Assembly: GCA_934162265.1 (NCBI GenBank)
Contig: CAKPHZ010000003.1
Span: forward strand, 2,852-66,851
Direction: 5' to 3'
Length of the DNA: 64,000 nt
Source of the DNA: an uncultured Bacilli bacterium
GTDB lineage: Bacteria > Bacillota_I > Bacilli_A > RF39 > UBA660
Made by a program: the position numbers and the translations under genes. Below, piece by piece: positions 1 through 10,171 of this stretch (position 1 is the stretch's first letter; the number at the start of each line of letters is the position of its first letter). Below the pieces are notes generated by a model. It worked only from the letters and a program-made list of their open reading frames with translations. It made no database searches and was not told the DNA's origin.

Positions 1-578
1 TTTTATTGCTTTACAATGATATCTTCCAAAGAAAATAAATTGATGATGAGTTTTAATCCAATTTTCTTTTGGTATTTTTTTCATTAGTGACTCTTCTACT
101 TCTTTTACTGTATCTGTTTTTTTTGCTAATCCTAATCTTTTAGAAACTCTTTCAACATGGGTATCTACAGCAATGGAGGGAACATTATAGAACTCTGATA
201 AGAAGACGTTAATTGTTTTTCTTCCTACTCCACTTAATGTTTCTAAATACTCTCGATTATTGGGAACAATTCCATTTTGTTCCTTTACTAATCTAGTAGC
301 AATTTCTTTGATAAAAATACTTTTCTTTTTAAAGGTGCCTATTGGTCTTATAATATTTGCAATGTCCTCTGTTTTGGCATTTGCTAATTCTTCTAAAGTT
401 GGATACTTTGAAAATAATATTTTTGTTACCATATTTACTCTTTTATCCGTTGTTTGGGCACTTAGAACAATTGCTATTAATAATTCGTAATCTTTATTAT
501 ATTCTAATTCGCAATGAGCATTAGGAAATAAGTCGTTCATATAATTTAAGATACAATTTATCTTTTCTTTTTGTCTCA
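1..578 (-). CDS. nth: Endonuclease III (partial; C-terminal end runs off the left edge of the window)
   Basis: Own minus-strand translation from the ATG at 576-578 gives MRQKEKINCILNYMNDLFPNAHCELEY... It contains the helix-hairpin-helix motif LSGVGRKTINVFL and reads ..FFGRYHCKAIK at the window edge. It is absent from the ORF track because no stop lies inside the window. Confidence 0.8.
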
Positions 579-1226
579 TTATTCATCCTCCAACCAATTA
601 TAATCATAAATTGGTTCTTTTGGTTTTATGGTCTTTCGATAATTTTTCTTTTCTTCTAAAATATCTTTTTTGCTTTTTATTCCTTTAGTGCGCCAATTGA
701 ATAGAATTCTATCAATATACTTTAAGTTTCTAGCATTATTGTAAATTGCTTCTTTTAAGGCTTCTTTGATAAGTTCCTCACTATTTCCATCATGAAGCCA
801 TTCTTTGATAATTTCTACTTCCATAGGAGAAATAGTTCTGCCTAATTCTGTTTCAAATAGAGTAAAAAGATCAGTATTTATTGTTGCTTCATGATTTTTA
901 TCAATAATTATATTAAATAATTTGTTGTAAAGAAGGTCTAAGTAAATATATTCTTCTTTTTTTCCAGAAGGGTTATTTTCTAGTTTAATTTCTAGGATTG
1001 CTTTTTCGGATAAATCATTTAAAATTTGCATTGCTCGGTAAGGTTTCATTCCTATTTCTTCAGTGAAAAATCCTGGGTCGTAAACAATTTTGTTTCCTTT
1101 GTTCATGATACAAATTAAGATGATTAGTTCTTCTTCAGTAATATTTAATTTTGTGTAATATTTTAATAGTACTTTGGGAATAACAACGGGTTGTTCTTTT
1201 AAAATGTCTGTTACTACTTCGTTCAT
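579..1226 (-). CDS. dnaD: DnaD-domain replication initiation / membrane attachment protein
   Basis: 215 aa. The C-terminal DnaD-type repeat reads ELGRTISPMEVEIIKEWL ... NARNLKYIDRILFNWRTKGI. The dnaD-nth adjacency is typical of Bacillota. Confidence 0.7.
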   Translation of the reverse strand: MNEVVTDILKEQPVVIPKVLLKYYTKLNITEEELIILICIMNKGNKIVYDPGFFTEEIGMKPYRAMQILNDLSEKAILEIKLENNPSGKKEEYIYLDLLYNKLFNIIIDKNHEATINTDLFTLFETELGRTISPMEVEIIKEWLHDGNSEELIKEALKEAIYNNARNLKYIDRILFNWRTKGIKSKKDILEEKKNYRKTIKPKEPIYDYNWLEDE

Positions 1227-1227
1227 G

Positions 1228-1635
1228 TTATTTTCTTTCTAATGCCGTCTCTTTAACTAAATTACCAGTTAAGGCATCATAGTACTCATAAGTTATTTTA
1301 TCTTTTTTACGAATTGTTTTTTCATACATTAGCTTGTTGGTTTTATAAATAATAGGAAGATTTTCTTGATTTTCTGCTAAATCGTTTATACTTTTTTTAT
1401 AAACTTCCTTATATTCATTATTTAAAACATATACATCACTTTCAGTGGCAAAAATATAATAATTTCCGTAGCGGTTTGAGTAAGTAATTTCATCTTTAAT
1501 TGAATAATTTTCTTGAATGTTTTTTGTAATGTTATCTAATTCTTCTTGGTTATGATTCGTAACATAAGATATGTATAAGATACCTATTATTAAAATAATT
1601 ACTATAATTAAAATACTTCGAAGGACTTTTTTCAT
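1228..1635 (-). CDS. Hypothetical membrane-anchored protein (single N-terminal TM)
   Basis: 135-aa ORF with the hydrophobic N-terminus SILIIVIILIIGILYISYV, abutting dnaD. Confidence 0.5.
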   Translation of the reverse strand: MKKVLRSILIIVIILIIGILYISYVTNHNQEELDNITKNIQENYSIKDEITYSNRYGNYYIFATESDVYVLNNEYKEVYKKSINDLAENQENLPIIYKTNKLMYEKTIRKKDKITYEYYDALTGNLVKETALERK

Positions 1636-1851
1636 GGTATCATTCCCTTTCTTGTTAAAGATTATAACTTACTTTTGTTGTTTTGTTAAGTCTTTTTTGT
1701 AATGTTTTTATGGAAAATAATAGATAAAGAACCACATTAGTTTGCATTATGTTGCTTATGGGGTTTCAAAAGGGTACTCCCTTTGTACACTATTCCTAGT
1801 TGGCTTATCCAACTTGGTAGTGTGTTACTATATTGTCTAAAAGATAGTTTA

Positions 1852-2481
1852 TTAATTATCACTATGATATAAGTATTCATCAGGAACATCTGGATAACCT
1901 GATATATAAAAATTAAAAATATCGTTTAAAATTTGGATACATATGCCGTAACTCTTGTCATCTATTAGATTTTGATTTAAATATTTACTATTTAATTCAT
2001 TTTTTATTTCGTTATATAAATATTCATATTCATTAGAATCTATATTCTTTATTTTCCTTATTGTATTAGTAAGTTCTGAAATCTTATCAATTTCTAGACT
2101 TATCCTATTATCAACTGCTTTTTCTATTTCTTCTAATAGTTCATATAATGATAGTGCTAAATAATAAGATGTACAATCTTCATTAGAAGATTTTTCATAT
2201 CTAACTAAATAGTTTTTCAGTTCATTTATTGTGTAATCTGATATATTATTTTCTTTTAAAAACGAACAACAAGGAGAATCTAAGATATATCCTTTCAAAG
2301 AAATTTTGTTCAACTTAATTGTTTTTTCTATTTGATACATATTTTCAGATAATTCAACAAGTTCCTTTGCCTTAGTTATAAATTGAAACATTTTATTATT
2401 TATAGAATCATGAATTTTATCTATGTTCATGTATGTTTCTAAAATTTTTACACTATAATTATTATCCATATAAAACTCCAA
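1852..2481 (-). CDS. Hypothetical protein
   Basis: 209-aa ORF starting directly after the stop of the upstream 713-aa ORF. No motif recognised. Confidence 0.4.
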   Translation of the reverse strand: MEFYMDNNYSVKILETYMNIDKIHDSINNKMFQFITKAKELVELSENMYQIEKTIKLNKISLKGYILDSPCCSFLKENNISDYTINELKNYLVRYEKSSNEDCTSYYLALSLYELLEEIEKAVDNRISLEIDKISELTNTIRKIKNIDSNEYEYLYNEIKNELNSKYLNQNLIDDKSYGICIQILNDIFNFYISGYPDVPDEYLYHSDN

Positions 2482-2482
2482 T

Positions 2483-4624
2483 CTATTTTAAAATATTATA
2501 TATGATCATAAATATCGTACCAGCAATAAAGCCTATAATTAATGTTAATATATTGGCAAAGCCACTAGAGGAACCAACATTACCACTATTTGAACTTTTA
2601 CTTTTTGTTTTGATTTTGGGTTTTTCCATGCTTTTTTGCTGTTCTTTTTGTTGTTTAATAATCATATTTCTTTGTTTTATTTGTTGCGCTATTTGAATTT
2701 CAAAAGCACTTCTTTTTGTAAAACTTACAGATTTAACTTCAGGACCTCTAATAATTTTTGTTTGAGAAACATTTTCCTGAAATTGTTTCTTATTTTCTTT
2801 CTCAACTTTACTTTTCCAATTATTGAAATCAGTAATATCTTTGTTTATTCTTTGACTATTATCTTTTCTAGCCATTTCACTGATTCTTGTATACTTTCCT
2901 ATATATGTTTCTTTTGTTATCTGCTTATCTTTAAAATAATCACCTGAAATGTTATCAATTACTGTCCATTCACATTCCCTTTTAAATGGAACATCATCAA
3001 ATATTTCATTATGCTTATTCTGTAATGATTGTTTATATTTTAATATATCATCTTTAGATTTTCCTTGCTGTTCCATATTCCTAACTTCTTCTTTAGATAA
3101 ATATAAATCTCTTTCACTACATTCCAATTTAAGTTTTATATCTTTTCCATCCAATGTCCCAATAACAATTTGTGACATTTGTTTGTCAAACTCAGCCGTT
3201 TCCTTCAGTTGTTCAATTTTTTCTGGTGTATAATCAGAACTAAATGTATGATCTTGATCACCAAATACTGTAATTAATCCTGGTTTAAGTCTTTGTAATT
3301 CAATCATAGTTTCCATTACTTTTGCTCTTTTTTCTGGAGCTTCTTGAAGCATTGTTTCATTATACATAAAATCAACATTTTTATTTTTTAATTCCTGTAT
3401 TAATTGCATGTTAGGTTCAATAACTTGTTTAACCATATCTTCTAGTGTAATCCCAAATTTTTCTTCCCATACTAATTTAAAATTTTTATCTGTTTTTTTG
3501 ATTTCAACTAACTCATTAAACAATTCAAAAGTTAGATTTTTTCCATCACTTTTAATATTAGAATTAAAATTTATTAAAGATGAATTTAATGAGTTTCTTA
3601 ATATTTGGATAACTAATTCTTTATCTTTTGATGACAATCCTTTTTTTGATATTTCTTCTGCTGCATTTCTATTAATCATACTCCTTAATCTATAAGAAGC
3701 ACCTAATTTTTCTGAGAGATTTTGTCCCATAGAACTTATATCGTAATTATAAACATACTCAATTGAATTATTATCATTTAATTTACTACTAACAGTATTT
3801 TCATAACCGATAGATCTTAGTACTAATTGAAAATCACCACCCATTGAATGACATTTTTTGATATTTTCTTTAATTTGGTTATTTAAAGCAACCATTTGTT
3901 CATAAGTAGAAGAATTAAAATTCTCATAGTCCGTTGTAAAATAATAAACTATCTTTGAAGAAATTCTTTTTCCTGTTTCTTGTCCAAATTTATCAATACA
4001 TATTCTTTCAATTTCTTTATACATAGAAGGTGTTCCTTTAGAAAATCCAATATTTCCAATATCTAGTTCATTTTTAATTGAAAGATTAAGCCCACTTAGT
4101 TTTTTATGTAATGCATATCTCATTGCTTCTTCTTCGTTGCCAGAATTGATGTCATTTACCACTTGTGTGCTAATCATTGAATCCTGATATATTTCAAACA
4201 ATTTTCTTTTAATAGAATCAATTTGTTCAGTTGAATAATTACCATTAGGTAATTGTGGTATCATATATAAATTTGGAACATAATCAATCCACTTATTGAT
4301 TTCTGAAATACTAGAACAATTTATTAAAGATAATGATGTAATCATCAAAGAAGATAAATACATTCCTTGATGATTCGTTTTTAACCCAGTATCTAACTCA
4401 TTAGGATTTAATGAAAGATGGGTACTTTCCATTTTTTCTAACTCAAATGTTAATTCTTTATCAATATCTTCACTTGTTTTTCCACTATTTACGTAAATTG
4501 CAATTGCCTTTTGCCTTAATTTTTCAGATACTAAACCTGGATATTTTGAATTTGTAGCATCTATTTTTGAATTAATTAAATTTAGTAAATTTTGATAAGT
4601 ATTTTCATTAGACATAAATATCAA
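2483..4624 (-). CDS. Large hypothetical protein with a C-terminal TM anchor
   Basis: 713-aa uninterrupted ORF. It has a Lys-rich linker followed by the C-terminal hydrophobic helix FANILTLIIGFIAGTIFMIIYNIL. No catalytic motif recognised. Confidence 0.5.
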   Translation of the reverse strand: MIFMSNENTYQNLLNLINSKIDATNSKYPGLVSEKLRQKAIAIYVNSGKTSEDIDKELTFELEKMESTHLSLNPNELDTGLKTNHQGMYLSSLMITSLSLINCSSISEINKWIDYVPNLYMIPQLPNGNYSTEQIDSIKRKLFEIYQDSMISTQVVNDINSGNEEEAMRYALHKKLSGLNLSIKNELDIGNIGFSKGTPSMYKEIERICIDKFGQETGKRISSKIVYYFTTDYENFNSSTYEQMVALNNQIKENIKKCHSMGGDFQLVLRSIGYENTVSSKLNDNNSIEYVYNYDISSMGQNLSEKLGASYRLRSMINRNAAEEISKKGLSSKDKELVIQILRNSLNSSLINFNSNIKSDGKNLTFELFNELVEIKKTDKNFKLVWEEKFGITLEDMVKQVIEPNMQLIQELKNKNVDFMYNETMLQEAPEKRAKVMETMIELQRLKPGLITVFGDQDHTFSSDYTPEKIEQLKETAEFDKQMSQIVIGTLDGKDIKLKLECSERDLYLSKEEVRNMEQQGKSKDDILKYKQSLQNKHNEIFDDVPFKRECEWTVIDNISGDYFKDKQITKETYIGKYTRISEMARKDNSQRINKDITDFNNWKSKVEKENKKQFQENVSQTKIIRGPEVKSVSFTKRSAFEIQIAQQIKQRNMIIKQQKEQQKSMEKPKIKTKSKSSNSGNVGSSSGFANILTLIIGFIAGTIFMIIYNILK

Positions 4625-5014
4625 CTTCCTTTTAAAGGTCTATCTTATATGAATATTATATCATTTATTTACTCTTTTTTTAATTCTTTATTGCTATGAT
4701 TAAAATTATTTTTATCTACATATATCAAAATCATCTGTCTTATCATAATTAGAAACAGCTTTGACTCTTTCATTGTAATAATTTGGTGCATTAACATAAT
4801 CAAATAATTCATCTGCTACACAATTTCTTGAATGATTAACCATTTGAGTATAGGTTTTTTTCTCTTTGATTATGAGATCCAATTTGTGATAAATCATTTG
4901 TAGTCATAATAGGTTTACTCCTAAATATTGCGTAATTCATATATCACATCTCCCTTCATTTTTGCATAACAAAAGAGAACTGAATTTTAGTTCTCTCACA
5001 AAGTTCATTTATCA

Positions 5015-6151
5015 TTAGTTTTTGGTTCCACCAACACTACTTGGCAAAGAACTGTTTTTTTTGTAGTGCTTTTCTATGTAATGGGTTAAATCCTCTTTTG
5101 TATTATTTAATTCATTATTAATAATTTTTTTCTCAATGTCATTCATGATTTCTTTAATATATATTCCTGGTCTTAAGTTTAATAAATTAGAAATATCTTG
5201 ACCGTTTATTTGAATATCTTTTTTACTTTGTATTGGTAAGTCATGATATATTTTATTTAAGTGTGATATATCTTTTTGTTTAATTTGATATACAACGGTT
5301 GAAATATATAATCCATATTGATATAAATTATATTTGTCGTTAATATCTTTTTTTAGAAGAGCTCGAATTTCTTTCATTTGTTCTTTTTCTACTTTAGTAA
5401 ATGGATAAATATCATCTACGTCTAGTTGTGCCCAAATTCCAATTAAATCATCACATAAAGTTATTTTATTTAGATTTTTTAGTTTTAAAGCATCTGTAAT
5501 AGATAAATCAACTAGTAATTCTACCCCTCTTTTTCGATTAGGGCTCATTAATATTTTATCTAATTCTTGTTTTTTTCTTTGATAAGATAATTTTTTCAAG
5601 AGATAAGCATATTCCTTTAAATAATGTTTAGTTTTTGTTTCTATATTAAAATTTAGGGTTGTTGCAAATCGAATTGCTCTTAAAATTCTTAAGGAATCTT
5701 CTTTTAAACGGTATCTTGGATTACCTACTGTTTTGATTAATTTATTTTCTAAATCAGGCATTACTTTTAGATAATCCTTCACTTTTCCTTCCTTATCTAT
5801 ACAAAAAGTATTTATTGTGAAATCTCTTCTTAATAAATCTTTTTTTATATTTTTGATATATTTTATTTTTACGGGTAGGCGATTATCTTGATATTTTATT
5901 TCTTTTCTGAAAGTAGTAATATCAAAATTAGTATTTTTATAAATAATATTAATTGAGCCATAGTTTGGACTTGATGTATTGGGAAATATTTCCATTATTT
6001 CTTTTGGTGTAGCACTGGTACAAATATCTATATCATTGCTTTTAATTCCTAATAATTTATCTCTCACAAAGCCACCTACTATGTAAGATTCATGATTATT
6101 TTCACTTAAAATACTTAATATTTTTAGTGCCTTTTCTTCAGTACTATCCAT
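5015..6151 (-). CDS. cca: CCA-adding enzyme / tRNA nucleotidyltransferase (PolyA_pol family)
   Basis: Carries the nucleotidyltransferase signature GGFVRDKLLGIKSNDIDICT and the downstream RRDFTIN motif. Confidence 0.75.
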   Translation of the reverse strand: MDSTEEKALKILSILSENNHESYIVGGFVRDKLLGIKSNDIDICTSATPKEIMEIFPNTSSPNYGSINIIYKNTNFDITTFRKEIKYQDNRLPVKIKYIKNIKKDLLRRDFTINTFCIDKEGKVKDYLKVMPDLENKLIKTVGNPRYRLKEDSLRILRAIRFATTLNFNIETKTKHYLKEYAYLLKKLSYQRKKQELDKILMSPNRKRGVELLVDLSITDALKLKNLNKITLCDDLIGIWAQLDVDDIYPFTKVEKEQMKEIRALLKKDINDKYNLYQYGLYISTVVYQIKQKDISHLNKIYHDLPIQSKKDIQINGQDISNLLNLRPGIYIKEIMNDIEKKIINNELNNTKEDLTHYIEKHYKKNSSLPSSVGGTKN

Positions 6152-6330
6152 ATTATTTTGTCCTTTCTTTTTATATTCAGTTCATTATATCCTTATTTAA
6201 TGAAGAGATTACTCTTCAATTTAAGTTTAACATAAAAAAATTTTGACTTCTATAAAATTATGATGACTTTACGATATAAAATATTGGGTAGTCAAATTCT
6301 TTATTTACAAGAAAATGTAAAATAGATTAA

Positions 6331-7308
6331 ATGAGCAAAAATTTAATTAATCAATTAATTTTCTTTGATATAATCTTTTTAAAGGAGATGAACGGGGTGA
6401 AAGTGATGGATACTACTAAGAAAGAAAAAAGTAAGACCAAGAATAAAATTAATAAAAATAAAAAGATAAATAAAGATATGAAAAAAGATGAGATATTAGA
6501 TAACGTAGCGAAGTTTAAAGATAAGAAGAAATTTAATGAAACCAAAGTAATTATTTTATTGATGAGGATTATTGTTGTTGTATTGTTAATTATTATTATA
6601 ATATTTGCTAGTAAATTTATTTCTTATAATACAGATAAAACGATAAATAATTCTATTAATAAATCTATTGAAAATACTAATGATGAAAAAAATTCTGTTG
6701 ATAAAACCAATAAAAATAATGAAGATAAATGTTTGGATAAAGTATCTGATACAGCGGAAACAGAAGCCAAAGAAATATTAGATAAATTATTTAAAAATGA
6801 AACAGTACGTCATTTAATTGACAATCCCGGCATAACATATTGTGGAGATATTGACAATAGTAAACGGTATACTGAGAAAGAGTTAGGGTTAGATTATGAA
6901 TGGAATGGCTTATATAAATGTATTTCTTTTAATACTTTTGAAGAACTTACTAATTATTTTAAAACTTTTTTTACAGATAATTTCTATAGCGATAAGTTAG
7001 AAAATCAAACTTATTCAACTACTGAATATATTTTTCTTAATGACGGAAGTATTAGATATCGTTTTTATGAAAAGGATGGTTCCCTGTATATGGCTATGTC
7101 TGGAAAAGGTAGCAATGTTAATAAATCAAATTTGTTAAATGTTAAATATAATATTAAAGAGGCTCTTTTGGATAAAATAAGTGCTAATGTAGAAGCTACT
7201 TGGCAAACTTCTAGTGATGATTTTACTTGGGTAGAAAAAATAGATATAGAAGTTGTTAAAAATAATAATATTTGGAAAATTAATAAATATGATGTTTTAG
7301 ATGATTAA
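6331..7308 (+). CDS. Hypothetical membrane-anchored extracytoplasmic protein (start uncertain)
   Basis: Lys-rich N-terminus, TM VIILLMRIIVVVLLIIIIIFA, then a ~200-aa domain. That domain resembles the one encoded at 21540-22199. Confidence 0.5.
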   Translation: MSKNLINQLIFFDIIFLKEMNGVKVMDTTKKEKSKTKNKINKNKKINKDMKKDEILDNVAKFKDKKKFNETKVIILLMRIIVVVLLIIIIIFASKFISYNTDKTINNSINKSIENTNDEKNSVDKTNKNNEDKCLDKVSDTAETEAKEILDKLFKNETVRHLIDNPGITYCGDIDNSKRYTEKELGLDYEWNGLYKCISFNTFEELTNYFKTFFTDNFYSDKLENQTYSTTEYIFLNDGSIRYRFYEKDGSLYMAMSGKGSNVNKSNLLNVKYNIKEALLDKISANVEATWQTSSDDFTWVEKIDIEVVKNNNIWKINKYDVLDD

Positions 7309-7441
7309 TTATTATAAATAAAGAATTTAGATACTTTTTTAGAGAGTATCTATTTTTCTAGTTAATTTTAGTTAAGTATTTTAATTTTATAAGTACTTAT
7401 TTATTTATAGTGTATAATATGGTTTAAGTGAGGTGGTACTA

Positions 7442-8680
7442 ATGAAGAGAATTATCTTTCATATTGATGTAAATAATGCTTTTTTATCTTGGACAGCTGT
7501 AGAAAAGCTTCGGAATGGTGAAAAGGTGGATATTCGGAAACGCTACGCTGTAATTGGTGGAGATGAAGCAGCAAGGCGAGGAATTGTTACGGCTAAGAGT
7601 GATTTATGTAAAAAGTGTGGGGTTAAAACTGCTGATACTTTATATAGTGCTAGGAAGAAATGTCCCTATTTAGAAGTATATGCTGGAGATTTTAAAGTAT
7701 TTCGAAAATATTCAGATTTAATGTATCAATACTTATTACGGTATACTAATGTTATTGAAAGGTATTCTATTGATGAATGTTTTTTAGATTATACTGCCTC
7801 TAAAAATTTATTTGGAGCTCCTGTTAAAGTTGCTTACCAAATCAAAGATGATATTTACCGATTATTTGGTTTTACGGTTAATGTGGGGGTTGGTAATAAT
7901 AAGTTAGAGGCTAAGATGGCTTCTGATTTTGAAAAACCCAATAAAGTTCACACTTTATTTGATGAAGAGATTTCCACAAAGATGTGGATTCTTCCTATTG
8001 AAGACTTATTTATGTTAGGAAAGTCTAGTGCTAAATCTTTGAGAGAAATGGGCATTGAAACAATAGGCGAACTTGCTCATTATGATAGAGAAAAGTTAGT
8101 AAAAAAATTTAAAAGTCACGGGAATTTGATGTGGGAATTTGCTAACGGAATCGATAATAGCGAAGTTAGTTATCAAAAGAAAGAAGCAAAAAGCATTTCT
8201 TGCTCGACGGTTTTACCTTATGATTATAATAATCGAGATGAGTGTTTAAAAGTACTTCGACAGCTTTCAATGGAAGTAGGAAGAAAGTTACGGTTTAAAA
8301 AAGTTTATGCTAAAAATGTTAGTATTTGGATTAAGTATAATAATTTTGTTAAAGTTAGTAAACAAAAGAATTTAGAAAATGCTATTTATAATGATATGGA
8401 TATTTTTCATATTGCTACACAATTATTTGATTTTTTATGGGATAAAGATAATCTTATTAGGGGATTATGTGTTGGAGTTGGAAATTTTTCTAGTGGTCAT
8501 GATAGACAATTATCTTTGTTTGAAAGTAAGAATACTGTAGTTGAAAATTGTGATGAGAAAAATAATAAATTACAAGAAGCAATTGACAAAATAAGAGATA
8601 AATATGGTAGTGATACAATTGTATACGCTGATATGAAAATAGAAAAAAGAGGGACTAATCATGAACGAAAAACAAATTAA
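7442..8680 (+). CDS. dinB: Y-family DNA polymerase (Pol IV / DinB-UmuC family)
   Basis: IFHIDVNNAFLSW.., SIDECFLD and the little-finger region are recognisable. The RBS GAGGTGG precedes the ATG at 7442; the track's GTG at 7433 is less likely. Confidence 0.8.
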   Translation: MKRIIFHIDVNNAFLSWTAVEKLRNGEKVDIRKRYAVIGGDEAARRGIVTAKSDLCKKCGVKTADTLYSARKKCPYLEVYAGDFKVFRKYSDLMYQYLLRYTNVIERYSIDECFLDYTASKNLFGAPVKVAYQIKDDIYRLFGFTVNVGVGNNKLEAKMASDFEKPNKVHTLFDEEISTKMWILPIEDLFMLGKSSAKSLREMGIETIGELAHYDREKLVKKFKSHGNLMWEFANGIDNSEVSYQKKEAKSISCSTVLPYDYNNRDECLKVLRQLSMEVGRKLRFKKVYAKNVSIWIKYNNFVKVSKQKNLENAIYNDMDIFHIATQLFDFLWDKDNLIRGLCVGVGNFSSGHDRQLSLFESKNTVVENCDEKNNKLQEAIDKIRDKYGSDTIVYADMKIEKRGTNHERKTN

Positions 8681-9980
8681 AAGGGCTATTGAAGAAAATA
8701 GTAATGTAATATATGATAAAGATTTTTTCGAGCAACTTAGAGGTAGTAGTTTATTAGAATTTCGTAAAAATATTAATTTAGTTCAAGATTTAAATCCTAC
8801 TCTTTACTTAGAGCAAAAAGTAAATCATTATTATGATGAATTACTAAAACAATATCATGAAAAAACAGGGTTATTTTTTGAATATGAAAAATTATTAGAG
8901 TTTGTTAAAAATAAAGATTATGATCATTTGTCAAAATATACGAAGTATGATTATTTTATTGATAGAAAAATGATTTTGAAATTAGAAGATTGTATGCATG
9001 ATCAAGATAGGATAGAACTTGCTTATCAATATTTATTAAAAAATACAAAAGAAAAAATTAGTGAAATTATTATTGATGGATTATTTAAAGATACAATTTA
9101 TAATGTATGGATTAATATTAAAGAAATCCTTAGATATCATAAAAACTTGAGTGACAAAGAGAAAGTTCTTAGTCAAGAAACTTTAAATTTTTATCAAGAA
9201 ATTTTAAATATAGATGCGTTATCTAATCCTGATAAAATCAAATTATATCAGAAGTTAAAAGATAAAAATACCGCCTTATCTTTTTACCAAGATTGGTATA
9301 GAGTAAGAAAACACTCCTATCAAAAAATAAAAGATGTTTTATTTAAAGTAAAAGAAAAAGGTAATTTATTTTGCTATCAAAAAAGTTTAAAAGAAAAAGT
9401 ACCTATCTATGAATTGGATGGACAAGACTTTTTCATGTTAGTTAATTGTAGAGATGAATACAAAAATACTGATGTAGTTAGAAGATATTGTTATACTTTA
9501 ATTTCTCCTTATAATATGGAAGTATTTAGTGGAAAAAAATTTATTTATGGGTATAGTGATTTTTCCATTGATGAAATCATGCATGTATTTGAAAGTGATA
9601 TTGCTTCTGCTGGTAATTTTAATACAAATTCTTTTACTACTAGTTTTGTTAATCGGATTATGACTCCTCAAGAGATTAGTTATTCTAAAGGGTATAGCGA
9701 AATTCAAATGGTAAATAAAAGAGTTAATGGAGAATTGAAGGTATTTTATACTAGGCGTCCTAATTATTTGATTGTATTTGATGTAATAGAAGATAGACAT
9801 CTACAAGAAGCAAAAAGATTAAATATTCCTATTGTAGTTATTCCTACTTCTAAGTATCGAAAGAAAAGGGCAGAAAGAGAGAAAAAATGTGAAACATTAA
9901 ATATTCCAAAATTTAAAATTATTTTAGATACTTATACTAATGGCGATGGTATGGAAAAGGAAAAGAAAGCAAGAAGATAA
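8661..9980 (+). CDS. Hypothetical protein
   Basis: 439-aa ORF overlapping the dinB stop by 20 nt. No motif recognised. Confidence 0.45.
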   Translation: MNEKQIKRAIEENSNVIYDKDFFEQLRGSSLLEFRKNINLVQDLNPTLYLEQKVNHYYDELLKQYHEKTGLFFEYEKLLEFVKNKDYDHLSKYTKYDYFIDRKMILKLEDCMHDQDRIELAYQYLLKNTKEKISEIIIDGLFKDTIYNVWINIKEILRYHKNLSDKEKVLSQETLNFYQEILNIDALSNPDKIKLYQKLKDKNTALSFYQDWYRVRKHSYQKIKDVLFKVKEKGNLFCYQKSLKEKVPIYELDGQDFFMLVNCRDEYKNTDVVRRYCYTLISPYNMEVFSGKKFIYGYSDFSIDEIMHVFESDIASAGNFNTNSFTTSFVNRIMTPQEISYSKGYSEIQMVNKRVNGELKVFYTRRPNYLIVFDVIEDRHLQEAKRLNIPIVVIPTSKYRKKRAEREKKCETLNIPKFKIILDTYTNGDGMEKEKKARR

Positions 9981-10171
9981 TATTTAATTTTTAAAACAAA
10001 AGGAATTTGTTTATTGGTATAGTTATCTATTTTCAGAAATATGATAAAGAAGTATTGTTATTGTATAAAAAATTTATTGTTAGTAAATTATGATTTATTT
10101 ATTTTTATTTTTGATATAATTATTTTAAGAAAGATAATTGTATCTTTTTTATTTTAGAAAGAAGTGTAAAA

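Noticed and set aside
1640-1851. Slightly GC-richer patch (GGGGTTTCAAAAGGGTACTCCCTTTG..CCAAGTTGG) upstream of the dnaD-operon genes, considered as a leader RNA or T-box.
   Set aside because: There is no specifier/T-box sequence, no terminator-antiterminator pair and no known riboswitch core that I can recognise.
2433-3695. Plus-strand ORFs 2433-2696, 2636-2947, 2949-3233 and 3408-3695. The same applies to the other antisense ORFs in the track: 260-490, 6351-6545, 9498-9800, 13178-13387, 13720-13971, 16933-17127, 21715-21906, 24150-24386, 25766-25960, 26641-26853, 28317-28562, 28723-28908, 32639-32830, 32942-33247, 34525-34758, 35159-35557, 35675-36043, 36248-36457, 36977-37229, 43570-43761, 45474-45686, 49805-49996, 50591-50782, 51796-51993, 54663-54878, 59188-59406, 60245-60451, 61272-61496 and 61697-61879.
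   Set aside because: Nearly all lie antisense to, or out of frame within, longer motif-supported genes; 49805-49996 lies in an intergenic spacer. They have low-complexity Phe/Leu/Ile/Ser-rich products typical of AT-rich shadow frames, and they lack RBSs.
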